Positions 31,550 to 41,752 of a DNA stretch of 64,000 nucleotides are shown here, in pieces. Both the position numbers and the translations under genes were made by a program. Each line of letters begins with the position of its first letter. Position 1 is the stretch's first letter. Source of the DNA: Thermodesulfobacteriota bacterium. GTDB taxonomy: Bacteria > Desulfobacterota > Desulfarculia > JACQYL01. The DNA is taken from NCBI GenBank assembly GCA_963675595.2, contig CAXXLZ010000002.1, positions 4,544,001 through 4,608,000 of the forward strand, in the 5' to 3' direction. The notes beneath the pieces were generated by a model that saw nothing but the letters and a program-made list of their open reading frames with translations, was not told the DNA's origin and ran no database searches.

Positions 31550-32821
31550 ATGCACAAAGGAGTTGGTTTGGAAAGCAGTGGAATGCAGACGGCGGAAGCC
31601 GCAGAGCGGCCGGGCGGAGCGCTGTGTGTGCGGGTTGGGTGGTTGCTCGACGGCGCCGGCTCGCCCGTGGTGAAAGATGTGACCGTAATCGTCGAGGCCG
31701 GTTTGGTACGGGCCGTGGAACCCTGGGCCGAAGACGCGCGTGGATCAGCGGAGGCACCGGATCTGTCCTCACACACGGTTCTGCCCCTCCTCATGGACAG
31801 CCACGTACACCTGACCATGTCCGGGGACGGGGATCCGATCTTGCGGCGAGAGCAGCTGCAGTTGGATTATGAAGGTGCGCGCCGGATCATGGAGAGGCAT
31901 CTTCGTGAGCATGAAGACCACGGTGTGGCCGCGGTTCGGGACGGGGGGGACTACGGAGGCTTCACTCTGAGATATCGGAAGGAATTGGAAGAAAAGGCCG
32001 CGAAGGTCGTTCTTCGGTCTCCGGGCCGTGCCTGGAGAGCCTCGGGCCGATATGGACGGCTCATAGGGAGAGCTACGGAGTCCGGCGTGTCGTTGGGACA
32101 AGGGATTCGAGCCTGTACGGACCCCGTCGATCATGTAAAGATCGTCAACTCCGGTTTGAACAGTCTGGTGGAATTCGGCAAAGCCACGCCCCCCCAGTTC
32201 GGCCTCGAGGAGCTCCGAGAGGCCGTGAACGCGGCCCGAGAAAAAGGACTCAAAACCATGGTGCACGCCAATGGTCCGTTACCGGTGAAATTGGCCTTGG
32301 ATGCCGGCTGCGATTCCATTGAGCACGGCTTTTTCATGGGACGGGACAATCTCGAAAGAATGGCGGAAAACGACGCTTTCTGGGTGCCCACCGCGGTCAC
32401 CATGAAATGCTACTCGGAAGAGCTTCCGGAGGATTCCGAAGAACGTGAAACGGCGCGTCGAATCCTGGATCACCAGCTGGAACAGATTGCTTGGGCTCGG
32501 GAGATCGGAGTGAGGGTCGCGGCGGGCTCGGACAGCGGAAGTCTGGGCGTGCACCACGGCCGGTCTCTTTTCCAGGAGCTGGAATTGTTGATCAAGGCCG
32601 GTTGGTCAATTGAAGAAGCTGTGGCGTGCGCCGCGTCCAATGCGGCGCGGCTCCTGGGACTCGAAGGCCGGTTGGGGCGCATCGCACCGGGGATGCCGGC
32701 TTGTTTCGCGGCGTATCTCGGACCTCCGACGACGGCGGTGAGCGTGCCCGCATGGATTTGTCGGCAAGGGGTGTTTGAACCGGTCGAGGCCCCAGACGAG
32801 GGAGGCCGTCGGGTGTCATGA
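31550..32821 (+). CDS. metal-dependent amidohydrolase
   Basis: DSHVHL, VHANG, SIEHG, AGSDSG; start placed downstream of the IS end, GAGGA RBS. Confidence 0.88.
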   Translation: MHKGVGLESSGMQTAEAAERPGGALCVRVGWLLDGAGSPVVKDVTVIVEAGLVRAVEPWAEDARGSAEAPDLSSHTVLPLLMDSHVHLTMSGDGDPILRREQLQLDYEGARRIMERHLREHEDHGVAAVRDGGDYGGFTLRYRKELEEKAAKVVLRSPGRAWRASGRYGRLIGRATESGVSLGQGIRACTDPVDHVKIVNSGLNSLVEFGKATPPQFGLEELREAVNAAREKGLKTMVHANGPLPVKLALDAGCDSIEHGFFMGRDNLERMAENDAFWVPTAVTMKCYSEELPEDSEERETARRILDHQLEQIAWAREIGVRVAAGSDSGSLGVHHGRSLFQELELLIKAGWSIEEAVACAASNAARLLGLEGRLGRIAPGMPACFAAYLGPPTTAVSVPAWICRQGVFEPVEAPDEGGRRVS

Positions 32822-33078
32822 GCTCCCCCGGAGTGTTTGATGGACGTTACGGCTGGTGCGGGAAGCTTTGTCGGAGGGTTTTCCTTTCGGAATGAGGCTT
32901 TGGTCGGGGTCCGTTCCGCCTGGATTCGCCTTTTGGCGCTCGCGGTGGACGTTCTTGCCCGCCTATATCTCATGTGACATAATGCACTCCATGTTTTGAA
33001 ATTCAAGAACCTTCGGGGCGTACGGGTTTCGACCCGGCCGGCTCGTTTGTCGTTTGCTCAGGACAGGTTGATTCGGCG

Positions 33079-34332
33079 ATGAAGAGCTTTTTCAATGTTA
33101 CGACCACGGAGGACGCCCTGGAGCTGATCCGTGGATTCAAACCCCTTGGGGAAGAGACGGTCCCACTCGACTCGGCGTTGGGACGTGTTTTGAGCCGCAC
33201 CGTGGCTTCCCCCGAAGACCTGCCCCACTTCTCCCGCTCCACGATGGACGGCTACGCCGTGCGGGCACGGGACACCTTCGGGGCGTCGGAGCAGCTTCCT
33301 TCTCTCCTGAACGTGGTTGGAGAGATCCGAATGTCTCAGGCCCCCACTTTTTCGTTGAGGAAGGGCGAGGCCGCCGGAATCTCCACGGGAGGCATGCTTC
33401 CGGACGGGGCGGACGCGGTTCTCATGGTGGAGTACTCCCGTCGGGTCGACGATGGAATCATCGAGGCCTCTCGATCCGTGTCTCCCGGTGAGAACGTGAT
33501 TCAGAGGGGGGAAGACCTTGCGAAAGAGGGTCCGGCGCTCGACGCCGGGACCGTTCTCAGGCCGCAGGATTTGGGCCTCCTGGCCGGTGTGGGCATCGCG
33601 GAAGTGCGGGTCCATCGAAGACCGGTGGTGGCTCTTTTGTCCACGGGTGATGAGATCGTCTCTCCTGAAGACACTCCCGCAGCCGCCCAGGTGCGGGACG
33701 TCAACCGTACGACCTTGGCTTCTCTTGTCCGACAGGCGGGAGGCGAAACCGTCTTTTTAGGGTTGGTGAAAGACGACCTCGATGCCCTGAAGGAGAAGAC
33801 ACGAGAAGGACTTTCCAAGGCCGACGTGGTGCTTGTTTCCGGTGGAAGTTCCGTAGGGGTAAGGGATTTCAGCCTTTCGGCGTTTGAGTCTCTTCCGGGT
33901 GCCGAAATTCTGTTTCACGGCCTTACCATCAGTCCGGGCAAGCCCACGATTCTTGCCGGAGTGGGAAATCGGTCGGTCTGGGGACTGCCCGGTCATGTGA
34001 CGTCCGCCATGGTGGTATTCATGGTGTTTGTTCTTCCCATGTTGAGGGTGCTGAGCGGTATCCGCCGTTCTCGGCCCGACCCGTTCGCCGTGATTCCCGC
34101 CAGGCTGAGTCGGAATTTGGGCTCGGCGCAGGGGCGTGACGACTTCGTGCGTGTGAGGCTTGAGCGCCATGAGGACGGCTGGGTGGCTCTCCCTGTTCTG
34201 GGCAAGTCCGGACTCATTTCCACTCTGGTGGAGGCGGACGGTCTGATTCGTATCGACCGCCATTCGGAAGGGCTCTACGCAGGCGAACAAGTCTCCGTGT
34301 ATCGTTTCAATTCGGTCTTCGAGGGGATCTGA
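33079..34332 (+). CDS. moeA: molybdopterin molybdotransferase MoeA
   Basis: STMDGYAV, TGGMLPDGADAV, STGDE, SGGSSVG, PGKP, GLPG. Confidence 0.93.
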   Translation: MKSFFNVTTTEDALELIRGFKPLGEETVPLDSALGRVLSRTVASPEDLPHFSRSTMDGYAVRARDTFGASEQLPSLLNVVGEIRMSQAPTFSLRKGEAAGISTGGMLPDGADAVLMVEYSRRVDDGIIEASRSVSPGENVIQRGEDLAKEGPALDAGTVLRPQDLGLLAGVGIAEVRVHRRPVVALLSTGDEIVSPEDTPAAAQVRDVNRTTLASLVRQAGGETVFLGLVKDDLDALKEKTREGLSKADVVLVSGGSSVGVRDFSLSAFESLPGAEILFHGLTISPGKPTILAGVGNRSVWGLPGHVTSAMVVFMVFVLPMLRVLSGIRRSRPDPFAVIPARLSRNLGSAQGRDDFVRVRLERHEDGWVALPVLGKSGLISTLVEADGLIRIDRHSEGLYAGEQVSVYRFNSVFEGI

Positions 34333-36266
34333 TGAAACGCAAGATTTATTTGAAGATGAAGTCCTTGAGAGAGGCGGAGGGGCTGTGGCTTGGGCGCTTC
34401 TCGGGCAAAGACTTGGTCGGGGATCGGGAGATTTCCGTATCCGAAGCGTTGGGGCGAGTGACCTCCGAGCCGGTTTATGCCGGGCTGTCGTCTCCATCCT
34501 TTCACGCCGCCGCGATGGACGGGGTGGCGGTGAAGGCGGAGGAAACCTACGGAGCGAACGAGCGAGCCCCCAAACGATTACGCATCGGTGAAAATGCCCA
34601 TTGGATTAACACGGGCCGGCCTTTGCCTCCGGGCACCGACGCGGTAATCATGGTGGAAAAACTCCACGAAACGGAGCCGGGAACGGTTGAAATCCATGCG
34701 CCGGCCTACCCATGGCGGGACGTGCGCAAGGTGGGGGAGGACGTGGTGGCCACCGAGCTTCTCTTCCCAAGAAATCATCGGATTCGTCCCTTCGACCTGG
34801 GCGCTCTTTTAGGCACGGGCGTGCTCGACCTCCGGGTGAAACGTCGTCCTCGGGTGGCGGTGATCCCCACAGGGAATGAGCTCATATCCGGAGAAAGCGC
34901 GGGCCTTGCCGGAGCGGCTTTGGAAGGCAGGGTGGTCGAGTCCAATTCAACGATTCTGGCCGGCATGGTTACTCAACACGGCGGGTTGCCGGTTGTCTTT
35001 CCCATAGTGGAAGATCGATTCGAGGCGTTGTTGGACGCGGTGCGGCGGGCCGTCGAATCGGATTGCCATATGGTGATCGTCAACGCGGGTTCTTCCTCGG
35101 GTAGTGAGGATTATACGGCCCATGTCCTGGAGAAACTTGGAGAAATCTTGGTTCACGGCGTAGCCATGATGCCCGGGAAACCCACGGTACTGGCCGAAGT
35201 GGCGGGCAAGCCGGTGATCGGGAATCCCGGCTATCCGGTTTCGGCCGTAATGTCCTTTGATTGTTTCGCGGCTCCCCTGCTGAGAATCATGCAAGGACTC
35301 CCCGAAGGGCGGAAACCTTCGGCCAAGGTTCGGCTTTCGCGGCCGGTCCCATCCAAACTGGGTATCGAGGAGTTTCTTAGGGTGCATCTGGGAAGAGTGG
35401 GGAACCGTCTGGTGGCGACGCCTTTGCCCAGAGGGGCTGGGTCCATCACAACGTTGACCCGGGCGGAGGGCATCATTCGCGTTCCCGAGCTGTCCGAAGG
35501 ACTGTCCCCGGGTGACGAAGTCGAAGCGGAACTTCTTGTGGATGAGCGGGCGTTGGAGCGGACTCTGGTCATGATCGGCAGCCACGACATGAGTATCGAT
35601 GTGTTGTCCGACTTGATGAAATGCGATCCGGGTGGATACAGGCTGAGTTCCGCCAATGCGGGGAGCATGGGGGGGCTGTTGGCTTTGAGGGACGGCACGG
35701 CGCATGCCGCCGGCAGCCACCTGCTGGATGAGGCTACGGGAGAATACAACCGGAGCTACGTCGCCCGTGTACTTGGGGACCGCAAAGCGGCGCTCTTCCA
35801 TTTGGTTAAGAGAGAGCAAGGGTTGATCTTGCCCAAGGGGAATCCCAAAGGAATTCAGGGGTTGAAGGACTTGGTTCGGGAAGACGTAACCTTCATCAAC
35901 CGCCAAGCCGGTTCGGGCACACGGATTCTTCTGGATTTCAGGTTGGGGCAGGAATCGATTGATTCCGACGGCATCCGGGGTTACGACAGGGAAGAGTACA
36001 CCCACATGGCGGTGGCGGTGGACGTGAAGAGCGGGGTAAGCGATGTGGGGCTGGGAATTTACGCGGCGGCCCGGGCCCTGGACCTCGATTTCATCCCGGT
36101 GGTGGAAGAGCAGTACGATTTGGTCATTCCGTCGGCGTTCGTCGAGGACCCAAGGGTCCGTGTGATGTTGAAGGCCGCGGCTTCAAGTGAGTTTCGTGAA
36201 CGTGTGAAGGCCATGGGAGGCTACGATCCCGGGCAAAGCGGGGAACTTTGGATGGAGATGGGCTGA
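34332..36266 (+). CDS. MoeA fused to a C-terminal PBP/LysR-type oxyanion-binding domain
   Basis: AAMDG, PTGNE, PGKP, then GSHD, GSMGGL, NRQAGSGTR. Confidence 0.9.
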   Translation: MKRKIYLKMKSLREAEGLWLGRFSGKDLVGDREISVSEALGRVTSEPVYAGLSSPSFHAAAMDGVAVKAEETYGANERAPKRLRIGENAHWINTGRPLPPGTDAVIMVEKLHETEPGTVEIHAPAYPWRDVRKVGEDVVATELLFPRNHRIRPFDLGALLGTGVLDLRVKRRPRVAVIPTGNELISGESAGLAGAALEGRVVESNSTILAGMVTQHGGLPVVFPIVEDRFEALLDAVRRAVESDCHMVIVNAGSSSGSEDYTAHVLEKLGEILVHGVAMMPGKPTVLAEVAGKPVIGNPGYPVSAVMSFDCFAAPLLRIMQGLPEGRKPSAKVRLSRPVPSKLGIEEFLRVHLGRVGNRLVATPLPRGAGSITTLTRAEGIIRVPELSEGLSPGDEVEAELLVDERALERTLVMIGSHDMSIDVLSDLMKCDPGGYRLSSANAGSMGGLLALRDGTAHAAGSHLLDEATGEYNRSYVARVLGDRKAALFHLVKREQGLILPKGNPKGIQGLKDLVREDVTFINRQAGSGTRILLDFRLGQESIDSDGIRGYDREEYTHMAVAVDVKSGVSDVGLGIYAAARALDLDFIPVVEEQYDLVIPSAFVEDPRVRVMLKAAASSEFRERVKAMGGYDPGQSGELWMEMG

Positions 36267-36287
36267 AGGCCGTTGAGGGAGGTTCTA

Positions 36288-36650
36288 ATGGCTGGTTTCA
36301 GGATCCGTTCCAAACATTGGCTGGAGGATGAGGACGGAAACGTCGTCATGGGTGAGGGGCGGATGCAGATTTTTAAGCGGATTCGGGAGACGGGTTCCAT
36401 GAACCGTACGGCGAAGGACCTGGGAATGTCATACCGAGGCGTGTGGGCGCGGGTCAAAGCAACGGAAAGTTATCTGAATATCAAAATCGTCGAAAGCGAC
36501 AGCCGGAAAGGCTCACAACTCACCGCCCAAGGTCTACGTCTGCTCCACCGATACGAGGAAATGAAGCGTGCGTGTGTTCGGGCCGACGACGAGATCTTCG
36601 CACGTTGCTTCCCCGCCGGGGGAACCAAAGACCTTGATTCCGCCGAGTGA
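36288..36650 (+). CDS. ModE-family stand-alone winged-helix regulator
   Basis: GEGR, GSMNRTAKDLGMSYRGVW, GSQLT. Confidence 0.85.
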   Translation: MAGFRIRSKHWLEDEDGNVVMGEGRMQIFKRIRETGSMNRTAKDLGMSYRGVWARVKATESYLNIKIVESDSRKGSQLTAQGLRLLHRYEEMKRACVRADDEIFARCFPAGGTKDLDSAE

Positions 36651-36838
36651 GACCCGGTTACCCCGTTGGACGTCCTTTCATACGGTAAGGGTCTTGCCTA
36701 CACCCCATGTCGTGTGGTTCTCCTTCGAGAATCATCGTCCCCGGATGATTCATGAAGCGCACACGACAATAGACGAGGCTCCGGCCGTTTCCACGAGTGC
36801 CGCATAATTGATGTGATCTTATCCGGGAGAAACTCCCG

Positions 36839-37672
36839 ATGGAGGCCACCCGATCCGTGGATTCCACATCCCCTGTTTCTGAAAAAGTCCGGGCGCTTTC
36901 CTTTAAGCACGGAGAGTACACCAAGGACCGAGTCCCAGTGGTGCTTGAGAAGCCCCTGACCATCAAGCTCAACGGTAATCGGATCGTGACTCTTCTTTGT
37001 ATCGACGACGCCCCCCGCTTCCTCGCGGTGGGCTTTTTGGTGAACGAAGGGCTGATTCGGGACCCGGCCAAAATCAAAGAAGTGGTCGTGGCGTCCGACG
37101 GGGGCTCGGTGGACGTCATCTCCTCGGAGTCTCGACCCGCTCCGTCGGAGCGCGTACAGGCCGAACCGATCATCACCACGGGATGCGGCAAAGGGACCAC
37201 TTTTCATCATGCGGTGGACGAAGTCTTCTCATCGCCCGCGGGGGATGGTCCGGCCATTGACTCGGACAAGATATTCGATTTGATGAGGGAACTCACCGAC
37301 CACTCCACTATTTACAAGGAAACTCGCGGCACCCATAACTGTGCGCTGTGCGACAAGTCGAAACTCCTCGTGTTTCATTTCGACGTGGGGCGGCACAACG
37401 CGGTGGACAAAATCTGCGGGCAATGCGCCCTTGAGGGTATCTCGCTTCACGACAAAATCCTGCTCACCACGGGCCGGATCACCTCGGAAATAGTGTTGAA
37501 AATCGGTCGCATGCGCATACCCGTGCTGATTTCCCGGCACGCGGCCACCAACCTTGCTTCCGAGTTGGGTCGGAAATACCGAAAGACTCTGGTGGGCTTG
37601 GTTCGAGGACGAAAATTCGTGGTCTACTCGGGGTTTCATCGAATCTCGGATTTCACCGGTGAACCCCGCTGA
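36839..37672 (+). CDS. fdhD: formate dehydrogenase accessory sulfurtransferase
   Basis: LAVGFLVNEG, TGCG, DVGRHNAVDK, TGRITSEIV. Confidence 0.92.
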   Translation: MEATRSVDSTSPVSEKVRALSFKHGEYTKDRVPVVLEKPLTIKLNGNRIVTLLCIDDAPRFLAVGFLVNEGLIRDPAKIKEVVVASDGGSVDVISSESRPAPSERVQAEPIITTGCGKGTTFHHAVDEVFSSPAGDGPAIDSDKIFDLMRELTDHSTIYKETRGTHNCALCDKSKLLVFHFDVGRHNAVDKICGQCALEGISLHDKILLTTGRITSEIVLKIGRMRIPVLISRHAATNLASELGRKYRKTLVGLVRGRKFVVYSGFHRISDFTGEPR

Positions 37673-37988
37673 AGTTGTTGATCCGTCCATCCGATAGGCA
37701 GTCGCTTCAAACAAGGTGGGCCGATCGAAGGATGCAACACATTGTTGGACCCGGTGCGACACCCTACGGCCGCAAAGACTGTCGGAACCTTCCCGCAAGA
37801 CCCTCTTCGGCATTTCTGAAGGTTTCGCCTTCCGCGTCTCGAGACGATTTTTCTTTTCGGTCAACTCATGTGCTCCCGGCCACCCATCCCCCAAAGGTTG
37901 ACCGCCCTTCTCACCGACAGTATTATGATTCCTGCTTAATCGGCGGTCGGCTTGCCCGAATTCGCGGTGAACGTCGAAGGAACGAATC

Positions 37989-39065
37989 ATGACGGATATG
38001 GAAATTGCGGAAATCTCCCGGCAGGTGCAGAAGAATTGTGATATCTCCGACGCACAGTATGCCGGAGCCCTTTCCATGTGTTCGTTCCTTCTCCTCATAC
38101 GCAACTTCCTGAAGTGGGAAAACGGGAGCGAACCCTGGGAGGAGGGCGAGTCCTCCGTGGTCACCGAATGGATCGGTGAGAAGGAAGACTTGTGGTCCGA
38201 GATGACGGAAACGCCTTATGGCGCCATCACCATAAAAGGCAGTGAATGGGACGCGTTCGCCCTGGAAGAAATCAACTCCGTCCTGGCCGAAGACGGATTG
38301 CTCTATGGAGCCGGATACGCGGGCGGAATGAAGCCCACATTTTTCCTGGGTCGCCTGGAGAAGCGGGAGCGCGTGAACGGGATTTCCGTATACACTCTGG
38401 GACATGAACTGGCCAGGGACATGCTGGGCGCTCCGGCGCTCAGACAGCACCACCGGATTTACCTTCGCAGAGAATGTGCGAGGTTCTTTGTCTGGGATAG
38501 GCTTTTCGAAAAGGTCACGGCTAAAAAGCCCGCGGCCCTGTTTGCTTTGAACGAATTCGGAGTTCATGATCTGGAAGGAATGCGACGCCATCTTGACGTC
38601 GTGGTGGAACAGCAGGTCCGCTTGATGTTACACCATGAAATCGGGGAATGCGGACAGGAGGACCATGACGAGGTGTTCAAAGAACTCCTGGCGGCATATC
38701 CCTTGACTCCCATCGAACGGTTCGTCCGAGCTCTCCGAGACGTCCTGGCCGACACTCATCCCCAAGGCACTCTGGGGTATCTTGTGGAAAGTCGAAACAG
38801 TGGGGCCTTGGGGCTGTACGTATCGTTCATCGACGGTTTCGCCCGATCCCTTTTTCCTGAAATCGCCAGGGCATTCCTGGATTTTCTTTCGAATCGGGAC
38901 TGGTCGGTTGTGGCGGAAACTCGGGTCAAGGCCCGGGCCAAACTCGAAAATATGGCTCGGGACCTCTCGGATTTCGCCTCGAAACGGTCTGAGCTCGGGG
39001 ATGAAAGTGTTGGAAAAGCGATCCGGGAAACGATGATCGATCCCCTCCTGGCAGGCAAGCACTAG
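37989..39065 (+). CDS. conserved hypothetical protein (Sfum_1244-family-like)
   Basis: VQKNCDISDA, LLYGAGY, HHEIGE; long clean ORF; family recalled, not searched. Confidence 0.65.
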   Translation: MTDMEIAEISRQVQKNCDISDAQYAGALSMCSFLLLIRNFLKWENGSEPWEEGESSVVTEWIGEKEDLWSEMTETPYGAITIKGSEWDAFALEEINSVLAEDGLLYGAGYAGGMKPTFFLGRLEKRERVNGISVYTLGHELARDMLGAPALRQHHRIYLRRECARFFVWDRLFEKVTAKKPAALFALNEFGVHDLEGMRRHLDVVVEQQVRLMLHHEIGECGQEDHDEVFKELLAAYPLTPIERFVRALRDVLADTHPQGTLGYLVESRNSGALGLYVSFIDGFARSLFPEIARAFLDFLSNRDWSVVAETRVKARAKLENMARDLSDFASKRSELGDESVGKAIRETMIDPLLAGKH

Positions 39066-39256
39066 CAGAAATTTTGGAAACGCATTCGTGAAGTCCCGCA
39101 GGCGATCGGGTCACTCCGCATGGGGCGGCGTCGGCTTGAGCGTTCCGTCAAAGGGAATTTTTCTTGTATTGAAGCAATTCGGCGTTGCACTCACGGATCG
39201 GTCCCCATCTTCGATCGATTTGTGTCCGCAACGCCCCACCATACAGGGCATATCCA

Positions 39257-41734
39257 ATGCTGGACCCCTATTATCTTGATCGAGTCCGCCTCCCCGGCCA
39301 ATACCTGGGCAGGGAGGTCAACAGCGTGAAAAAGGATTGGGAAAACGTTTCATTGCGGATCGTTTTGGGTTTTCCCGATGCCTTCGAAGTCGGTATGTGT
39401 CATCTGGGCTTGGCGATTCTTTACGACGTTCTGAACCGGCGTGGGGACATCTTGGCTGAACGTGTTTTCGCCCCGGGTCTTGATCTCGAGAACATGCTGC
39501 GCGACCGAGGGGCGCCGCTGACCAGCCTCGAATCCAATGAGCCCGTGTCCCGGTTCGACATTGTGGGCTTCAGCCTCCAGACCGAACTCGGGTATACCAA
39601 TGTTCTCAATATGTTGGACCTGGGTGGAATCCCCTTGAAGGCTTCGGAAAGGGACGAGACGCATCCCCTGATCCTGGGCGGCGGTCCCTGTGCGGCCAAT
39701 CCCGAACCCATGGCCGCCTTTTTTGACGCCATTTTGGTGGGAGACGGGGAGGAAGCCGTTCTCCGCATCGCGGACCAGGTCATCCAATGGAAGGAAGCAC
39801 GAGGTGGGCGGGAGGACCTGCTGAAGAGGCTGGCCGCAATTCGGGGAGTCTATGTACCCCGTTTCTTCGAGCCGGATTACGATGAGTCGGGCGAATTTCT
39901 GGGAGTGAGACCGCTCCTGGCGGGTTACGCAAGCGTTGAGAAGTCTTTGATCGAGGACCTCGAGACGGTTGCCTACCCCGGGGCTCCGATTCTTCCCTCC
40001 GTAAAGGTGGTTCATGACCGGCTCACCGTCGAGATTGCCAGAGGATGCGGCCGAGGATGTCGGTTCTGTCAGGCCGGGATGCTGTACCGCCCGATTCGGG
40101 AGCGTTCTCCCGAGCGGGTGATGGAACTGGTGGAAAACGGACTCGCAGCCACAGGGTATGAAGACGTTTCCCTGCTTTCCCTGAGCACCGGGGACTACTC
40201 TTGTCTCGACGGTTTGCTGACCGGACTCATGGACCGCCTTCATCCTCGCAGGGTTTCTTTATCCCTTCCTTCCCTTCGGGTTGGCTCCATTTCGGGCAAA
40301 TTGATGGAGCAAATCCGTCGGGTTCGCAAGACCGGTTTTACTTTCGCGCCGGAAGCCGCAACTCAGCGCCTCCGAGACGTCATCAACAAGAACATCCGGG
40401 AGGAAGATCTGGTTCAAGCCGCGTCTCAAGCCTTCTCCCTGGGCTGGAAAGTGATCAAGCTCTACTTCATGATCGGTCTGCCTACCGAGACATGGGACGA
40501 CGTGAAGGAGATTCCCGAATTGGCTCGGCGGATTCTTCGGTCGGGAGGGAAAAAGGGCGGTCGTACCGTGAACGTAGGCTATGGTTTGTTCGTGCCCAAG
40601 CCTCAGACACCGTTTCAATGGTGCGCACAGGAAGACTTGGAGGGCGCCTTGGAGAAGATGGATTTTCTCCGGCGGACATTGAGCCGCGCGGGTCTTCAGC
40701 CCAAATGGAACAGCGCGCGTATGGCTCTGGTGGAAGGTTGCCTGGCCAGGGGAGGACGAGAGGCGGCGGAGTGGGTGATGCGGGCCTATCGACTGGGGTG
40801 CCGCTTTGACGGTTGGACCGAGCAATTCCGGTTCGAATTGTGGGAGCGGGCGCTCGAGGATTCCGGCGTTCCGGGTTGGGAGGTCATCCAGAGGGCTCGC
40901 GATCCTGAGAAGCCGTTACCTTGGGATCATATCCATCTAGGCGTGGATCGGACCTTCTTTGAATCGGAGTACCGCAAAGCCGTATCGTGCCTCACCACCC
41001 AGGATTGCCGGGTTCAATGCGGCCGGTGTGGAGTCTGCGACCACAAGCAGGTGGGTCACCGATTGGCGGAGTGTGCGGCGCCGGCGGAGACCGTCCCCAC
41101 GGAATCGGCGCCGGCAGGCGAACCCGTTCGGTACCGGTTCACTTTCGAAAAGCGGGGATCTGCACGATACTTGGGGCACCTGGACACTGCGGCGGCCTTC
41201 AAACGTGCGGCCAGGAGGGCGGGGCTGCCTCTCAAATACTCCGAAGGATTTCATCCGCAGCCCGGATTGTCTTTTCAGGACGCCCTGCCGTTGGGCATGG
41301 AGAGTCTGGAAGAAAGCGGTGAATTGGTTCTGACGAGAGCCGTGGCTCCCGATTTGATTCTCGAAAGGATAAACCTCCGGCTGCCGGAGGGATTTCGACT
41401 GCTCGAGGTAACGGAACGCTCGAAAAAACCCTCTCCTCCCAAAGGCGTGGAACTCTCGGTGTCCGGCCCCTCGGGATGGTTTGATCCCGGCAAAGTGCGG
41501 GATTTTCACTCCTCCGAGGCGTTTCCCATCACGATTGAACGAAAAAAAGGAACGGTTTGCGTGGATATCAAACCCATAGTTTCGTTTCATGAAGACGTAG
41601 GTGACTCTTTGGGTATGACTTTGGTATATTCGGGAGAGGTTCGTCTAAAACCCTGGGAAGTTATCAAAGAAGTCCTCGAACCGGCCGAATCCGTAAGACG
41701 GAACCTGCGCATGGTCAAAATTCGAAACCTCTGA
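39257..41734 (+). CDS. TIGR03960-like B12-binding radical SAM protein fused to a DUF2344/TIGR03936 domain
   Basis: CGRGCRFC, GGGPCA.NPEP, TFAPEA; C-terminal YLGHLD..YSEGFHP; upstream of rng. Confidence 0.88.
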   Translation: MLDPYYLDRVRLPGQYLGREVNSVKKDWENVSLRIVLGFPDAFEVGMCHLGLAILYDVLNRRGDILAERVFAPGLDLENMLRDRGAPLTSLESNEPVSRFDIVGFSLQTELGYTNVLNMLDLGGIPLKASERDETHPLILGGGPCAANPEPMAAFFDAILVGDGEEAVLRIADQVIQWKEARGGREDLLKRLAAIRGVYVPRFFEPDYDESGEFLGVRPLLAGYASVEKSLIEDLETVAYPGAPILPSVKVVHDRLTVEIARGCGRGCRFCQAGMLYRPIRERSPERVMELVENGLAATGYEDVSLLSLSTGDYSCLDGLLTGLMDRLHPRRVSLSLPSLRVGSISGKLMEQIRRVRKTGFTFAPEAATQRLRDVINKNIREEDLVQAASQAFSLGWKVIKLYFMIGLPTETWDDVKEIPELARRILRSGGKKGGRTVNVGYGLFVPKPQTPFQWCAQEDLEGALEKMDFLRRTLSRAGLQPKWNSARMALVEGCLARGGREAAEWVMRAYRLGCRFDGWTEQFRFELWERALEDSGVPGWEVIQRARDPEKPLPWDHIHLGVDRTFFESEYRKAVSCLTTQDCRVQCGRCGVCDHKQVGHRLAECAAPAETVPTESAPAGEPVRYRFTFEKRGSARYLGHLDTAAAFKRAARRAGLPLKYSEGFHPQPGLSFQDALPLGMESLEESGELVLTRAVAPDLILERINLRLPEGFRLLEVTERSKKPSPPKGVELSVSGPSGWFDPGKVRDFHSSEAFPITIERKKGTVCVDIKPIVSFHEDVGDSLGMTLVYSGEVRLKPWEVIKEVLEPAESVRRNLRMVKIRNL

Positions 41735-41752
41735 GTCGGGAAAGGCCCTTTC

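Noticed and set aside
32822-33078. Moco/Wco riboswitch before moeA
   Set aside because: I could not identify the conserved multi-stem consensus by eye; an Rfam search would be needed.
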